Notes under the pieces: generated by a model
The model's input: the letters and a program-made list of their open reading frames with translations, nothing else
The model's database searches: none
What the model was told of the DNA's origin: nothing
Part shown: one piece after another, positions 41,357 through 54,368 of the stretch
How the letters are laid out: each line of letters begins with the position of its first letter
Numbering within the stretch: the stretch's first letter is position 1
Made by a program: the position numbers and the translations under genes
Assembly: GCA_963844715.1 (NCBI GenBank)
Contig: CAWJPJ010000007.1
Span: forward strand, 1,280,001-1,344,000
Direction of reading: 5' to 3'
Source of the DNA: an uncultured Phycisphaerales bacterium
GTDB lineage: Bacteria > Planctomycetota > Phycisphaerae > Tepidisphaerales > Tepidisphaeraceae
DNA: 64,000 nt

Positions 41357-42296
41357 TTAATCGTAAGGCATCGGGGTTTCGCCTTTCGGGCGGGTTTTCC
41401 AGCGGCGATGCATCCACCAATATTGTTCCGGGGCGTCGCGCACGAAATTTTCGATGGCCTTGGTGTATCGCTGAGTGATGTAGATGAGGGGATCGTTCTC
41501 GTTTTTCCAATCGTCGGGATAGATGATGTCTTGCGTGTCGATGAGGAATTGAAAGTGGGGCTCGATGCGGCGGGCGAAGCCGACGATGATGGGGACCTCA
41601 AATTGCATGGCCAGGAGCGCGATGGATTTATAGGTGCTGGCCTTGCGGCCGAAGAAATCGACGAAGACGCCTTTAGGTCCCGCGTTCTGATCGGCGACGA
41701 AGGCGACCACGCCGCCGGTCGAAAGTAGATCGGCGATCTCCATGGCCGCGCCTTTTTTATCGACGACTGCGCTGGCCGCGGCGCTGGCGCACGCCCATCA
41801 GCCAATCGTTGAGATAGGGATTATTCAGCGGGCGGGCGACGCTGACGGTTTCGAAGCCAAGGGTGGCTAGGGTGTAGCCGGTGATCTCCCAATTTCCGTA
41901 ATGGCCGGTGAGCATGATCAAGCCGCTGTGGCCGTTGCTGCCCTTGGTCATCAGCCTCAGGGTTTGCTGGATGTTTCCGAGGCGGATGTATTTCCGCCAC
42001 GTCTCAATGTGAATCAGCCGGGTCGCAAAAAGAATTTCCACCACGAGCATGAAAAGGTTTTCGACGCTGCGGCGGGCGATTCGGTCGCATTCTTGGGTAC
42101 TGAGATCGGGAAACGAATTGCGAAGGTTGGCCCGGCTGCGCGCCGAATGGCGGGCGTCGAGGCGATACCATATTCGAGCGAAGAACCGAGCCGAGGCGAG
42201 ACAAAAATCCACCGGGAGGGCATGGACGAGCATGGCAGCCGTGCGCACGGCGGCGTAGACGAGGCGATCGACCAGATCGTTGCGCTGCTGGGGCAT
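41357..42296 (-). CDS. Lipid A/lysophospholipid acyltransferase (LpxL/HtrB-like); frameshift ~41768
   Basis: TGHYGNWE, ADQNAG, VDFFG, PEQYWWMHRRWK. Confidence 0.9.
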
Positions 42297-42353
42297 GCTG
42301 AAACGGAAATTCTATATGGAATTCGGCAACGGTGCGATTTCCCGGGTAGCGGG

Positions 42354-43428
42354 CTACCCGCCTATCTGACTCATCTGCCGATTTCCATGATGGGAGTGAG
42401 TCTGCGGTTTGAGGCGAATGCATTCGACCATCGCTTCAGCCAGGGCGTCTGTATTATCCGATTGCCCGTTACGCAGAATGGCCTTTAAGTCGATTTCCCC
42501 GCCATCGAACAGGCAAGATCGAAGCACGCCGTCGGCGGTCAGACGCAGGCGGTTGCATGTCGAGCAGAATGGCATGGACATCGCGCTGATAAACCCGATT
42601 CGTCCGCGCGACTTCCCAATCTGCAAGCGCCAGACCTTGGCGGGCCCGACGCCGCTTTCGCTGTGACGATCGACCGGAGTCAGCGGGCCGAGTTCGCGCT
42701 CGATTGTTTCGCGCACGACGGATTCAGGGACAAGAGACCCATCGCCCCGGTCTTGGCTGGCGCAGCCTTGCGCGGGCCCGGCGTGCATGAGGGCAGCGTC
42801 GCCGAGGGGCATATATTCGATGAAGCGGACGGTCAGCCGGCGCGTAAGGGTCAGGCGCGCGAAATCGGCCAGTTCGTCGTCATTGATTCCGCGCATCGTT
42901 ACACAGTTGATCTTCAATGAGGAGAACCCGGCCTTCTCGGCCGCGTCCAGGCCCGCCATGACTGCGCGGAGATTTCCGTTGCGCGGTTATGCGCCGGAAT
43001 TTGTCCTCGCGGAGGCTGTCGAGGCTGACCGTGACGCGATCCAATCCGGCCTCGTGTAGCGGTTTAGCGAGATCGGCCAAAAGCTGGCCGTTCGTGGTCA
43101 GGGAAATATCGTCAGCGCCTTCAAACCGGAGGGCGGTGATGATCTGCGCCAAATCCGGGCGGAGAGTGGGCTCGCCGCCGGTAAGTTTGAATCGGGTGAT
43201 GCCGTGCGCCCGCATTGCCGCCCGGGCGACTTGCAGGATTTCATCTTTCGTCAGCAGATTCTGCTTTGCCAACCACGGCACGCCGTCCTCCGGCATGCAG
43301 TAAACGCAGCGGTAATTGCACCGGTCGGTGAGGCTGATTCGAAGTACCTGCACCGCGGAAATAGACCGCGGCCCGTTTTCAAATCGGGAGGGCGCGGGGG
43401 CGAGTTGCGTGACGATGGGAAGAATCAT
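42354..43428 (-). CDS. moaA: GTP 3',8-cyclase (frameshift ~42985)
   Basis: LRISLTDRCNYRCVYC, LTGGEP, FCSTCNRLRLTADG, MSQIGG end. Confidence 0.95.
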
Positions 43429-43560
43429 CAATGGGCCTCTGCGGTCATTATAAGATTCCCGCATTATTTTAGCCCGCTTTTAGTTGTTTGACCCGTCTGA
43501 ATCCTTCGATAGGATACCAGCGTTGATCCGGGCAAAATGGGGACTGACGAGGAGCAATCC

Positions 43561-45402
43561 ATGAAATTGGCCAAATGGTGCGCGGTGTTGGTGATGACGC
43601 TGGTCATGTCCTGGTCGCCGTGCGCCACGCGCAGGCGATCAAGCTCATTCCCGATAGCGCGCTGGTGGTTTATCGGGTGAACGACCTGGAAGCGACGAGC
43701 AAGAAGATCGCGGATTTCTGCGGCGCGGCGGGAATCGTGCAGCTACAGCCCGGGATGGCCGACCCGCTGGGGATGTGGTGCAAAGACGCGGGAATCAACG
43801 CGGGGCTCAATCGCGCGGGAGATTTGTGCTTCGCGCTGCTCGATCCCAACGCGGCGGGGGGCTCGACGGCGGACGCCATTCTGATCTTGGTCCCCGTTTC
43901 CGACTATCAGGCATTCCTCTCGAATTTTGCCGGCGCCACGACGGACGGCGACGTAACGACTGTTCATTTCAAGAACGCTACGCGGGCGACTTACGTCGCC
44001 CACTGGGGCGATTACGCGGCGGCGAGCCCTTACCACGACCTTGTCGCCAAGCAGCCGACGACGATGTTGGCGGTCGGCGCCCTGGCGCAGAAGGAACTGG
44101 ACACCAAGGATTTTGTCGCGCTGGTGAACGTGAAGGGGCTGCGCATGATGGCGATTCCGCAGATCGAGAAGCTGCGGATCCAGGCCTCGCAGCAGATCGA
44201 CCAGCAAGCGGCATCGGGGCAAAAGCTTGGAACCCTGGATATGACCAAGTTCGCGCCCGTCGCCAAAGTTCTGGTCAATCAGGTCATGAATCTTGGCGAG
44301 GAATTCCTCAACGATATGGATGACGCGACCGCCAGCGCCAACATCAGCACGGACGGCATCGGCGACACCATGATCATGGATTTCCGCCCCGACTCGAAGC
44401 TCGGACAGGTCATTGGGCAATCAAAAATGACCGACGCTTCCCTCCTGGACGGCCTGCCGGACGGAAAATATCTGATGTACGGCGGCTCGATTTCCAGCCC
44501 GCAGCAGATGACCCAGTTGCTAACGGATTTCGTCGATCCGATCGAGCAGTCGATCTCGACGCTTGGGCCCGACTTCGCTTCGATCAATACCGCAATCGAT
44601 GGGATAAAGACGCTGGTGCAAGCGCAGACCGGCAGCCGATTCGGGCTGATGGCGCCGAGCGGGACGCTCGGGCAGGACCCCCTCCTTCAGGCGGTTGCCA
44701 TCAATACGGGCGACGCCAAGGCCATGCTCAATGCCACGCACACCATGACCGACGCCTATCAGAGCGCGATGAAGACGCTGGGACTGGATCAGGCGGCGGG
44801 GTCGACGACCGTCACCGCGGCGGCAAAGACCGTGGACGGCGTCAGCTTCGACGAATTCCAGACCGTGCTGAACATGAACGGCCAAACGCCCCAGCAGATG
44901 CAGGCGATGCAGTTCATGATGTTCCTCTACGGCCCAAATGGTCCGACCAAATACGTCGGCGCGGTGAATGACAACACGCTGCTGACTTTCATGGGGATTT
45001 CCGATCCCACAGTGAGCGCGACGCTGACGGCGATCAAGGCGAGCGACGATCCGCTGGCCAAGAGCGCCGCGCTGAAGTCCGTGGTTTCGCAATTGCCGAC
45101 TCAGAGGCTCAGCGTGATGTACATCCCGCTGGATCAGTGGGCGGCAACAGCTCTGAATTATGCCAAGCAGTTCGCCTCGATGGACATGGGCGTCAAGATT
45201 CCTGAGGATCTTCCTCCGGTGGGCGTAGCCGTCGAGCGCGGATGGTTCGGCGCTGCGTGTGGATGCGTATGTTCCGACACAGCTTGTGCAGAATCTTTAC
45301 ACGGCCGGTATGCAGGTCTTCCTGGCGATGCACGGTCCGGGCGGTGCCGGCGGGCAACAACAGCCGCCGCAGCAGGGCAATGGCCCCGGCGGCGGTTTGT
45401 AA
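43561..45402 (+). CDS. Large secreted hypothetical protein (frameshifts ~43625 and ~45235)
   Basis: GAGGAG RBS; signal peptide in the first frame; long ORF with strong GC3 bias. Confidence 0.65.
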
Positions 45403-45406
45403 GGGA

Positions 45407-46218
45407 TTATTCCGGAGCGAATAACTCGGCGATCTTCCCCACGGGATCGTCGCTGCGCATGAGGCTTTCGCCGACCAGGACAGCGGTAACGCCGGCATCC
45501 ACGAGCTTCAAAACGTCCTGCCGGGTGTGAATCCCGCTCTCGCTGACCAGCACGCGCGGGTCGGCGACCAGTTCGCTGAGCCGCAGGGTCGTTCCCAGAT
45601 CGGTCTTGAACGTCCGCAGGTCGCGATTGTTGATTCCCAGCAGACTGTAACTCCGATGGGGGAACCCGATGACATGATCGCGCACGCGCATCAGGTTGTC
45701 GACGTCGTGGACCTCGATCAGACAAGTCATGTTCAATTCCGTCGCCAGGATCTGAAGATCGATCATGAGCGACGTTTCCAGGCATTCGGCGATGAGCAAA
45801 ATCGCGTCCGCACCGGCGGCGCGGCGATTGGTAAACCTGGTAGGGATCGATCAGGAAATCCTTGCGTAAAACCGGCAGCGGGACAGCGTCGCGCACCAGG
45901 CTGCAGATAATCCAGGCTCCCCTGGAAATATTTTTCGTCGGTCAAAACGCTCAGGGCATCGGCGCCGGCGGAGGCGAACAGCTTGGCGGTCTCGACCGGA
46001 TCGAAATTCGGCTGGATCAAGCCGGCGCTGGGGGACGCCTTTTTGATCTCGGCGATCAGATTCAGCGGCTTTTTGCCGCGGCTGGTCACGGCCTGGAAAA
46101 AGTTCCGCGGGCGCGGCAGCGAGGCGATCGTCTCCTTCAGCTTCTCCAGCGGTGCGGCGGCCTTCGCGGCGGCAACCTCATGCCGCTTGGTTTCGACGAT
46201 TTGATCGAGAATGCTCAT
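45407..46218 (-). CDS. trpC: Indole-3-glycerol phosphate synthase (two frameshifts)
   Basis: IAEIKKASPSAG, SVLTD, LRKDF, GINNRDL, VSESGI, LVGESLM. Confidence 0.95.
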
Positions 46219-46321
46219 GGGCTAAGATGCCGCCGCTTTGTTCGCAATAGCGGACGAATCCGACCGTTGTTGTAAATGGCGCGGATCGAATGTCAATCAC
46301 GGGCGGCATCGGGAAGGAAGC

Positions 46322-47134
46322 ATGTCGGAAATCGCATTGGGGATAGCAACGGCGATTTCGCTGGCGATGGCGGCGATGCTGGGGGTCTTCCTGCCGCGCC
46401 GTATCAAGGGCCCGGAACGCCTTGAAGAGGGGGAGCCGGCGACGACGTTGCTGAGTATCGCCGGAATGGGTCTATTCGCATGGGGAGCCGCTTCATTGCT
46501 CGCCGGGGAGGTGTCCAGCCGGCAGGGACAGTCAGGCCTCACCGACGTCCAGCAGGTCCTGTTCAACGGCGGGGTGGAGCTTGCCGGCGCTGCTGGGAAT
46601 GGTTGCCGGGACCCTGGCAATCCGCCCGCAGGGAATCCGCCGGCTCGGGATCGGCCTCAGCCGGTTTCCGACAGGCCTGGTCGGCGGCATCATTTCCGTC
46701 GTGGTGGTCTTGCCGCTGATCTACTGGGTTGAGGTCGGGTCCGAAGCAATTTGGAGCCTGTTGGGCCTGAAGCATCCCGTGGCCCACGAATTATTGCTTA
46801 TCCTTGGCGAAACCCAATCGCCCTGGCTGCGCGTGGCGATCGTCATAACGGCGGTGGTGCTCGCCCCAATCGCCGAGGAAATGTTCTTTCGCGGGCAAAT
46901 TCAAACCTATCTTCGGTATGTCCTCGCAGTCCCTGGACGGCGGTGCTCATCACGGCCGCCTGTTTCGCCCTGGTGCATCCGACGAAATGGGCCTGGCCCT
47001 CCCTGTTTTTCCTCGGTGTATGTCTGGGATACGTGTACGAGCGCACCGGAAATTTGTGGAGCTGCATGATCCTGCACGCTCTTTTCAATCTGGCTTCGAT
47101 TTACATTTACGTGCACGCGGGGTCTCCGCATTGA
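46322..47134 (+). CDS. CPBP family intramembrane metalloprotease (two frameshifts)
   Basis: APIAEEMFFRG, FALVH, ILHALFN. Confidence 0.85.
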
Positions 47135-47177
47135 TCATGCTGGACGCTGCTGCGGCAGCGGACTTAACCTTTTGGAT

Positions 47178-48145
47178 ATGGGCAAGCGATTTCTGGTCAC
47201 CGGCGGCGCCGGATTCATTGGCTCTCATCTCACCGAGCTGCTTCTGGCGCACGGGAATTCCGTTACCGTTCTCGACGACTTTTCCACCGGGCGCATCGAG
47301 AATCTCGCTGCGGTCGCCGCCGCTCCCAATCTCCAGATTATCCGTGATTCGGTTGAAAACGAGGCGACCGTCAACGTCGCCGCCGCCGATTGCGACATGA
47401 TTTTTCATCTCGCCGCGGCGGTGGGGGTTCAACTGATTGTCGATGAGCCGGTGCGCACAATTCGCAGCATCATTCACGGGACGGAAGTGGTGCTCGAAGC
47501 CGCGCAGCGGTTCGGCCGGCCCGTGCTGATCACCAGCTCATCGGAAGTTTACGGCAAGGGAGCCAAAGTCCCTTTCAGCGAAGAGGATGACGTGGTGGTC
47601 GGACCGACGGCGGCGAGCCGATGGTGTTACGCCTACAGCAAGGGGATCGACGAATTTCTCGGGCTGGCTTATCGCAAGCAGTTCGGGCTGCCGGTCGTGA
47701 TCGTGAGGCTGTTCAATACCGTGGGTCCGCGGCAGGTGGGAATGTATGGGATGGTTTTGCCGAGGTTCGTGGCCGCCGCGCTCAAAGCGGCACCGCTGCA
47801 AGTTTACGGCGACGGGAAACAGACCCGCTGTTTCTGCCACGTTGCGGACGTGACGGACGCCGCTGGTTCGGCTGATGGAAAAGCCGGGCGCGGTCGGGCA
47901 GGTCTTCAATCTTGGCAGCGACGAAGAGATTTCCATCAACGATCTGGCCGGGCGGGTGATTAGCATTCTGCGCATCGGGCGGGCGCGTCGAGCACATTTC
48001 CCTCGAACAAGCCTATGGGCAGCGGTTTGACGATCTGCCCCGGCGCGTGCCGCGATTGGACAAGATTCGGTCGGTGATCGACTTTAAGCCCCGATATTCG
48101 CTGGATCAGATTATCCGTTCGGTGAAGGATTCGTTAGACCATTAA
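47178..48145 (+). CDS. NAD-dependent nucleotide-sugar epimerase/dehydratase (frameshifts ~47860 and ~47975)
   Basis: LVTGGAGFIGSHL, SSSEVYGK, YAYSK, RLFNTVGPRQ. Confidence 0.9.
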
Positions 48146-48305
48146 CCACATCCCCTCGATAGTCGAATACATAGAAAAAGGTCAATGCGGCTGCGAGGGT
48201 TATCGGTCCGCCCAACCCGCGGCCCGGTTATTGAAACTATTTCCGATGGACTATACTTGATCTTCGTAAGCGGGCTGGCGGGGCGCGGAGTGAGGCATTC
48301 GAGGC

Positions 48306-49480
48306 ATGTTGAACGTTGTAGCGGACACTTCAGTGATATCGTGGGACGAGGCCCTGGCCCCACACATATACGTTTTTTACGCGGCGTTTATCGTCAGCTT
48401 TATTTTCACTCCGGTGATGCGCTCGATCGCCATCTACTACGGGATCGTCGATCAACCCGATTCGGTTCGCAAAATTCATCGCGCTCCGGTGGCATATCTG
48501 GGGGGCGTCGCCGTTTTCATGGGGTGGATGGCGGGATTGGCGCTGAGTCAACTGCATCTCGTCGAGCCGCAATTGGGGACGCGTTTGCGAGTCAAGTTGT
48601 GCATCGTCGCCGCGGGCGGGGCAATCGTCTGCCTCGGCTTGTGGGATGATCTGAAGCACCTTCGCCCTAGGCTCAAAATAGTGGGGCAAATCCTGGCGGC
48701 GCTGCTCCTTCTCACTCAAGGAGTGGGGATCAATTGCCTGGGGCCGTTTTTGTCCCCGGTGGAACTTCGCATTGCCGACATTCTGGGCCACCCGTTCAAC
48801 TTTCCGCATCCGCTGGTTCATGTTCTGAGTAGCCTGGTCGTGATTGCCCTGGTGGTCGGGTGCAGTAACGCGACCAATTTGCTTGATGGCTTGGACGGAC
48901 TCTGCGGTGGCGTTACCGCCGTGATCGGTGCGGGGTATCTTTTTCTGGCGGTACATCTGGCGACGGAGCGGCTCGATCCCGACTGGGACATGGTGCGGAT
49001 CATACTGGCCCTGGCCCTGCTGGGGGCGGTTCTTGGGTTCGTGCCGTACAATTTCAATCCCGCGTCGATATTCATGGGGGACGCGGGAAGCATGTTTCTG
49101 GGGTACGCCTGCGCGGTGATGATTATTTTGATGGGACAGGAGCAGCCGAAATGGTTTTTGGCGGCGATGGTGATGTTCGCCCTGCCGGTGCTGGATACCT
49201 CGCTCGCGTTCGCGCGGCGCTGGGTGAATCGGCGCCCATTTTCAGCGCCGACCGGCATCATTTTCATCACCAGCTTCTGGCTCGCGGGTATTCGGTTCGA
49301 AAAACCGTGGTGATCAGCTATTTGCTGGCGATCGGCTTTTGCATATTGGGCGCGCTGATCGCCTACATGCGGGCCCGGTATGCCATGGCGTTTTACATGG
49401 TGATTTTCGGATCGATCGTGGTGGCGGCGTATAAGATGGGCATGGTACACGAGAAACAGCTTGCGGACGAAGCTTTGTAA
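48306..49480 (+). CDS. MraY/WecA family undecaprenyl-phosphate sugar-1-phosphate transferase (frameshift ~49237)
   Basis: GLWDD, NLLDGLDGL, YNFNPASIFMGDAGS, ADRHHFHH. Confidence 0.92.
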
Positions 49481-49671
49481 TGTTTTATCGCCCCCACGAA
49501 ATTCCCCTCTTCCGCCAATAACCCGAGGCCCGTATCTATCCGATTTGATCTAACAAAACAGGCTTTGCCCCGGTCCGTGTAGTATGTTAAATCATTCTTG
49601 AGCCTGAGCCGGGAACTGCTAGAGTTGTCCCTTAGCCTTGTTATCGGGCCTTTTTCTAACGGGAAATTGCG

Positions 49672-51031
49672 ATGGACGTTACTGTCATTGGCTGTGGTTA
49701 CGTGGGTCTGGTCACCGGAACGTGCCTGGCGAGTATCGGACATACTGTCCGAGGCGTCGAAAAAGACGCCAAGAAGCTGAAAACCCTGCTCGACGGGCAG
49801 TGCCCGATTTTCGAGCCGGGCTTGCACGAATTGATGAAAGAGAACTACGCGTCGGGACAGCTCCAATTCACGGATAACGTGAGGTCGGCGGTGAAGGACG
49901 CGGAGGTGGTCTTTCTTTGCGTCGGCACCCCTCCCAAGCCCGACGGCACAGTGGACATGAGCTACCTCGAGGGGGCTGGCAAGGAAGTCTGCGACGCCCT
50001 GGCCGAACAGAGCAACGATTACATGGTGACCATCGTCGTGAAGTCCACGGTCCCGGCGGGCACCAATCGCAAACTCTACAATTTTCTCAAACAGCAAACC
50101 AAAGCATACGTGCAAGTCGTCAGCAATCCGGAGTTCCTTAAGGAAGGGACGGCGGTGCAGGACTGCATGAAGCCGGACCGCATCGTCATCGGCGGCGAAA
50201 GCCCCGAGGCGTTCCGCATGATGCGCCGGCTCTACGATCCGCTCGTCAAGCTGGAGGATGAAGATACATTCCTGACGATGGGGTGGGAGAGCGCGGAGCT
50301 GACCAAATACGCGGCCAACAGCATGCTGGCGGCGCGCATCTCGTTCATGAACGAAATGACGATCCTCTGCGAGGCGTACGGAGCCGATATCGAAGACATT
50401 CGCAAAGGGATCGGCACGGATAAGCGCATCGGCCCGGCGTTCCTGCGAGCCGGATGCGGATACGGCGGAAGCTGCTTCCCCAAGGACGTCGCGGCGCTTG
50501 AGCATATCTCGCGAGCCGTCGGGCATGAGAACCTGTTCGTCAGCGCCATTCAGGCGGTCAACAATTTCCAGAAGAAGCGCTTCGTCGACAAAATCGAGCA
50601 GAAGCTGGGACGCCCGCTGGCCGGATCGCAAATCGCGATCTGGGGTCTGGCGTTCAAAGCGGACACGGACGACATCCGCGAATCGCCGGCGTTGGATGTG
50701 ATGCGATACCTGCTGGACAAAGGGGCTCGCGTTCGCGCGACCGATCCCAAGGCCATGGAGAACATGAAGCAGGTCTTCAAGGAAGAGGTCGAGTGGTCCC
50801 CCGATGCCGTCTCGTGCCGCCGCCGGTGCGGATGCAGTCGCGCTCCTGACGGATTGGCCGCAGTTCGGGACGCTGCCGTTCAGGAAGATCGCGGCGACGA
50901 TGAACACGCCGATTATTTTCGACGGGCGCAACTGCCTGCACCGCGATTTGATGCGCGAGACGGGGTTCCAGTATTACCCGATGGGAAGACCGGCGGTGGA
51001 GAATTCGCTGCGGTTGAAGAATCGGGTGTGA
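49672..51031 (+). CDS. ugd: UDP-glucose 6-dehydrogenase (frameshift ~50817)
   Basis: GCGYVGL, SNPEFLKEG, GYGGSCFPKD, GLAFK..TDDIRESP, IFDGRN. Confidence 0.95.
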
Positions 51032-51059
51032 ACTTTCCCGATACGATCGGGACCGCGCC

Positions 51060-51308
51060 ATGGAGAAAGTCGTCTTCGTAAGAGCAGTGCCGGGGTGGAA
51101 ATTGGAAGTCGCTTTCTCCGACGGGACTCGCGGCATGGTGGACTTGCAAGACCGACCTTTCGGGAAGATTTTTGAGCCGCTAAAAGACTTGAACTTTTTC
51201 AATCAAGTGCGCATTGATGAGTTTGGCGTGGTTTGCTGGCCGAATGGGGCGGATTTGGCGCCGGACGCGCTATACGAGCGGTTGAGAGCGGTTCATCCCC
51301 CGGCTTAA
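51060..51308 (+). CDS. DUF2442 domain protein
   Basis: LEVAFSDG...IFEPLKD..FF.QV...[13 protein letters not shown]. Confidence 0.9.
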   Translation: MEKVVFVRAVPGWKLEVAFSDGTRGMVDLQDRPFGKIFEPLKDLNFFNQVRIDEFGVVCWPNGADLAPDALYERLRAVHPPA

Positions 51309-51388
51309 GCTGCCAGTCGTCACCTGACTCACAGCGACGAACGCCGACGGATAGCCATCTGTTGGCTTTTTTTCTATCATCTGCTGAT

Positions 51389-52630
51389 ATGAAACTAGAA
51401 CAAACCGACCCCAAAATCGCTGAACTGATCCGTCTGGAAACCCAGCGGCAGGAATCCACGCTGGAATTGATCGCCAGCGAGAATCATGTTTCGCCGGCGG
51501 TAATGGAAGCGGCGGGCTCGGTGCTGACGAATAAATATGCCGAGGGATATCCGGGGGCTCGGTATTACGGGGGGTGCGGGTTTTACGATCAGATCGAGAA
51601 TCTGGCGATCGACCGGGCCAAGCAGCTTTTTGGGTGCAAGTTCGCCAACGTGCAGCCGCATAGCGGGGCGAATGCGAATCTGGCGGCGTTCATGGCGATG
51701 ATGAAGCCGGGAGATCAGTTCATCTCGCTGAATCTCGCCAGCGGCGGGCATCTCAGTCACGGGATGAAGCTGAACACGTCGGCGATTTTTTATAAGCCGG
51801 ACCATTATGAGCTGGATCCGAAAACCGAGACGATCGATTTCAATTCGGTGCGAGCGAAGGCGAAGGAACTGAAGCCGAAGATGATTCTTTGCGGGTATAG
51901 CGCGTATCCTCGGACGATCGATTTTGCGCAGTTTCGGGCCATCGCCGATGAAGTGGGGGCGCTGCTGTTCGCGGACATCGCGCACATCGCGGGGCTGGTC
52001 GCGACGGGGCATCATCCTTCGCCGTTCCCGCATGCTCATGTCGTTTCGACCACGACGCACAAAACTCTACGCGGACCGCGCGGGGGACTGATCATGACCA
52101 ACGATGAGGAGATGGCCAAGGCGATCAACCGCAGCGTGTTTCCAGGAAGCCAGGGAGGCCCGCTGATGCACATCATCGCGGCCAAGGCGGTCGCGTTTGG
52201 CGAGGCGCTCAAGCCGGAGTTCAAGACTTACTCCGGGCAGATCGTGAAAAACGCCAAGGCGCTGGCGGCAGCGCTACAGAAGAAAGGATATCGCCTGACG
52301 AGCGGCGGAACCGACAACCATCTCATGCTCGTCGATCTTCGGGCTCGCAACGAGTCCCTGACCGGCGCCGATGCCGAGAAGGCTTTGGAAGCAGCAGGAA
52401 TTATCGCCAACAAAAATGGGATTCCATTCGATCCGCGCCCGCCCAAGGTGACCAGCGGTTTGCGACTGGGTACGCCTGCCGTGACGACTCGCGGCCTGAC
52501 GGAAAAGGACGTTGAAGTCGTCGCGGATTTCCTGGATCGGGCGATCCTGGCCAAGGACGACGCGGGGAAACTGACGGCGATTCGCGCCGAAGTGGCCGAG
52601 TTCTGCAAGAAATTTCCGATGCCGCATTAA
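51389..52630 (+). CDS. glyA: Serine hydroxymethyltransferase
   Basis: [35 protein letters not shown]. Confidence 0.97.
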   Translation: MKLEQTDPKIAELIRLETQRQESTLELIASENHVSPAVMEAAGSVLTNKYAEGYPGARYYGGCGFYDQIENLAIDRAKQLFGCKFANVQPHSGANANLAAFMAMMKPGDQFISLNLASGGHLSHGMKLNTSAIFYKPDHYELDPKTETIDFNSVRAKAKELKPKMILCGYSAYPRTIDFAQFRAIADEVGALLFADIAHIAGLVATGHHPSPFPHAHVVSTTTHKTLRGPRGGLIMTNDEEMAKAINRSVFPGSQGGPLMHIIAAKAVAFGEALKPEFKTYSGQIVKNAKALAAALQKKGYRLTSGGTDNHLMLVDLRARNESLTGADAEKALEAAGIIANKNGIPFDPRPPKVTSGLRLGTPAVTTRGLTEKDVEVVADFLDRAILAKDDAGKLTAIRAEVAEFCKKFPMPH

Positions 52631-52696
52631 CCGGGGGAATCTCGTCCCGACCGCGATTGTGACCGTCGGTCGGCGACGTGCTATAATTGCTCGCCT

Positions 52697-52918
52697 ATGA
52701 CTTACCGCGGACGTGTCAGGCAAGGCGTCATCGTGTTGGATACCCCGGTCCAATTGCCTGAGGGCACGGAAGTGGAAGTCCGAACCTCCGATCAAACTTC
52801 TGCTAATGGAAATTGGGTGGGGGGCGATCTGCAAGACGATGAGGCGCTAGTTTCCGGCTCGGTTGCCGCGGCGATTGCGGTGCTGCCCGCGGAAGACTTC
52901 AGGGACTGGGAGAAATAG
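52697..52918 (+). CDS. Putative antitoxin (DUF104/AF2212-like)
   Basis: YRGRVRQGVIVL...LPEGTEVEV; acidic tail; directly upstream of a MazF gene. Confidence 0.65.
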   Translation: MTYRGRVRQGVIVLDTPVQLPEGTEVEVRTSDQTSANGNWVGGDLQDDEALVSGSVAAAIAVLPAEDFRDWEK

Positions 52919-52921
52919 CCG

Positions 52922-53244
52922 ATGCCCCGCCTCCAGCAGGGGAGCGTCGTTTGGCGCAACTTCCGCCACCGTTCGGACGCCGGCCTGTCGTCGTTATTAC
53001 GCGCGATTCTGTCGTGGGGCGAATGAACAGTCTGACGGTGGCGCCGATCACGCGCACGATCCGTAACCTCGAGACCGAAGTGATTCTTCAACCGGCCGAC
53101 GGTGTGCCGACCGCGTGCGCCGTATCGTTGGACAATATCTTTACCATTCCGCGAAGTGCCTTGGGTGAGGTGATCACGGTGCTGTCCCAGGAAAAGCGAG
53201 TGATGGTCTTCGCGGCGATTCGAAAGGCCTTCGACATGCCGTAG
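52922..53244 (+). CDS. PemK/MazF family toxin (frameshift ~52953)
   Basis: MPRLQQGSVVW|AQLPPPFGRRPVVVITRD...VAPITRTIR...LDNIFTI. Confidence 0.88.
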
Positions 53245-53338
53245 ATGATTGGGATACCCGACTCACGAGACTAGAGCCACGTCCGCCAAATTCGATCTTA
53301 ACAATTGAGTAAAAGATATTTGACAGCCGATCAGGCTA

Positions 53339-54364
53339 GAGCATTTCCCATTTTAAACTAGCGCCATCGATGCTGTTTTGCTAATCTCCGATTCAACAAG
53401 GAGGTTGCCATGGCATCGCAAACCGCTCTGACCCGTCGATGGATCATGTCGGCGTATCGTGCCGGCAAAGGCACGAAGGAGATTTCCGCGATCTTCGGCC
53501 GATGCGAGTCGGCCGTCCGCCGCGTGCGACAGGATGAACGTGAACGGGGGACGGCCGAACCGCTGCTTCATCTTCGTGGCCGCAAGGGGAAGTTGACCGG
53601 CGAGTTGAAGACTCGTTTGAGTCGGTTCGTGGCCGCCCGGCCGGATGCCACGCTCAACGAGATCAAAGAGAAGTTGGCGCTGGACGTGTCGCTGTCGACG
53701 GTCGACCGTTGGCTCAGGAAGCTGGGCCTCTCCTTTAAAAAAAGTCTCTCCACGCGTCCGAGCAGGATCGGCCCGACGTCGCCGCCGCGCGGACGCAGTG
53801 GCGTCGGCGGCTGAAGGACGTCGATCCCGAGCGTCTTGTTTTTGTGGATGAATCCGGGGCCAAGACGAACTTCACCCGATTGCGTGGCCGGTGCGGCCGC
53901 GGCGAACGGTTGTTGTGCAAGACCCCGGCCGGACACTGGAGCACGACCACCATGATCGCCGCGGTTCGGCTCGACGGCGCGACCGCCGGCGCGATTGTTC
54001 AAGGGGCGATGGACAGCGATGTTTTTGTCGCCTGGGTGCGTGAAGCGCTCGTGCCCAGCCTGCGAAGCGGGGACATCGTGGTGATGGACAATTTGCAGCC
54101 GCACAAACATTCAGAAGTGCGACGCCTGATCGAAGCCGCCGGCTGCGAACTGTGGTTGCTGCCACCCTACTCGCCGGATTTGAATCCGATCGAGATGATG
54201 TGGAGCAAAGCGAAGCAACTGATCCGCTCGGCGGAGCCCAGAACGTTCGACACCTTGGTCCGGGCTGTGTTCGCGGCAATGGACGCCGTTACGACCGAAG
54301 ATGCCGCGGGATTTTTCCGCCATTGCGGTTACCGCCAGCCGCTAGTTTAATTTGGGAAATGCTC
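53339..54364 (+). mobile_element. IS630-family insertion sequence
   Basis: 25-bp TIRs GAGCATTTCCCA(TT/AA)TTAAACTAGCG; TA at 53337-53338 and 54365-54366. Confidence 0.95.
53410..54350 (+). CDS. IS630 transposase in two frames, probable programmed -1 frameshift at A7 (53737-53743)
   Basis: HTH ORF ending LSFKK; FVDES, VMDNL..HK, LPPYSPDLNPIE DDE motifs. Confidence 0.92.
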
Positions 54365-54368
54365 TAAT

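Noticed and set aside
40303..41805. 500-aa minus-strand ORF
   Set aside because: Off-frame or antisense to GT4 and the LpxL-like gene; low-complexity Arg/Pro/Ser composition.
49393..50931. 512-aa minus-strand ORF
   Set aside because: Antisense shadow of ugd.
53271..53336. CTAGAGCC resembling a second IS630 left end
   Set aside because: Only ~7 nt match the TIR region and no partner end was found.
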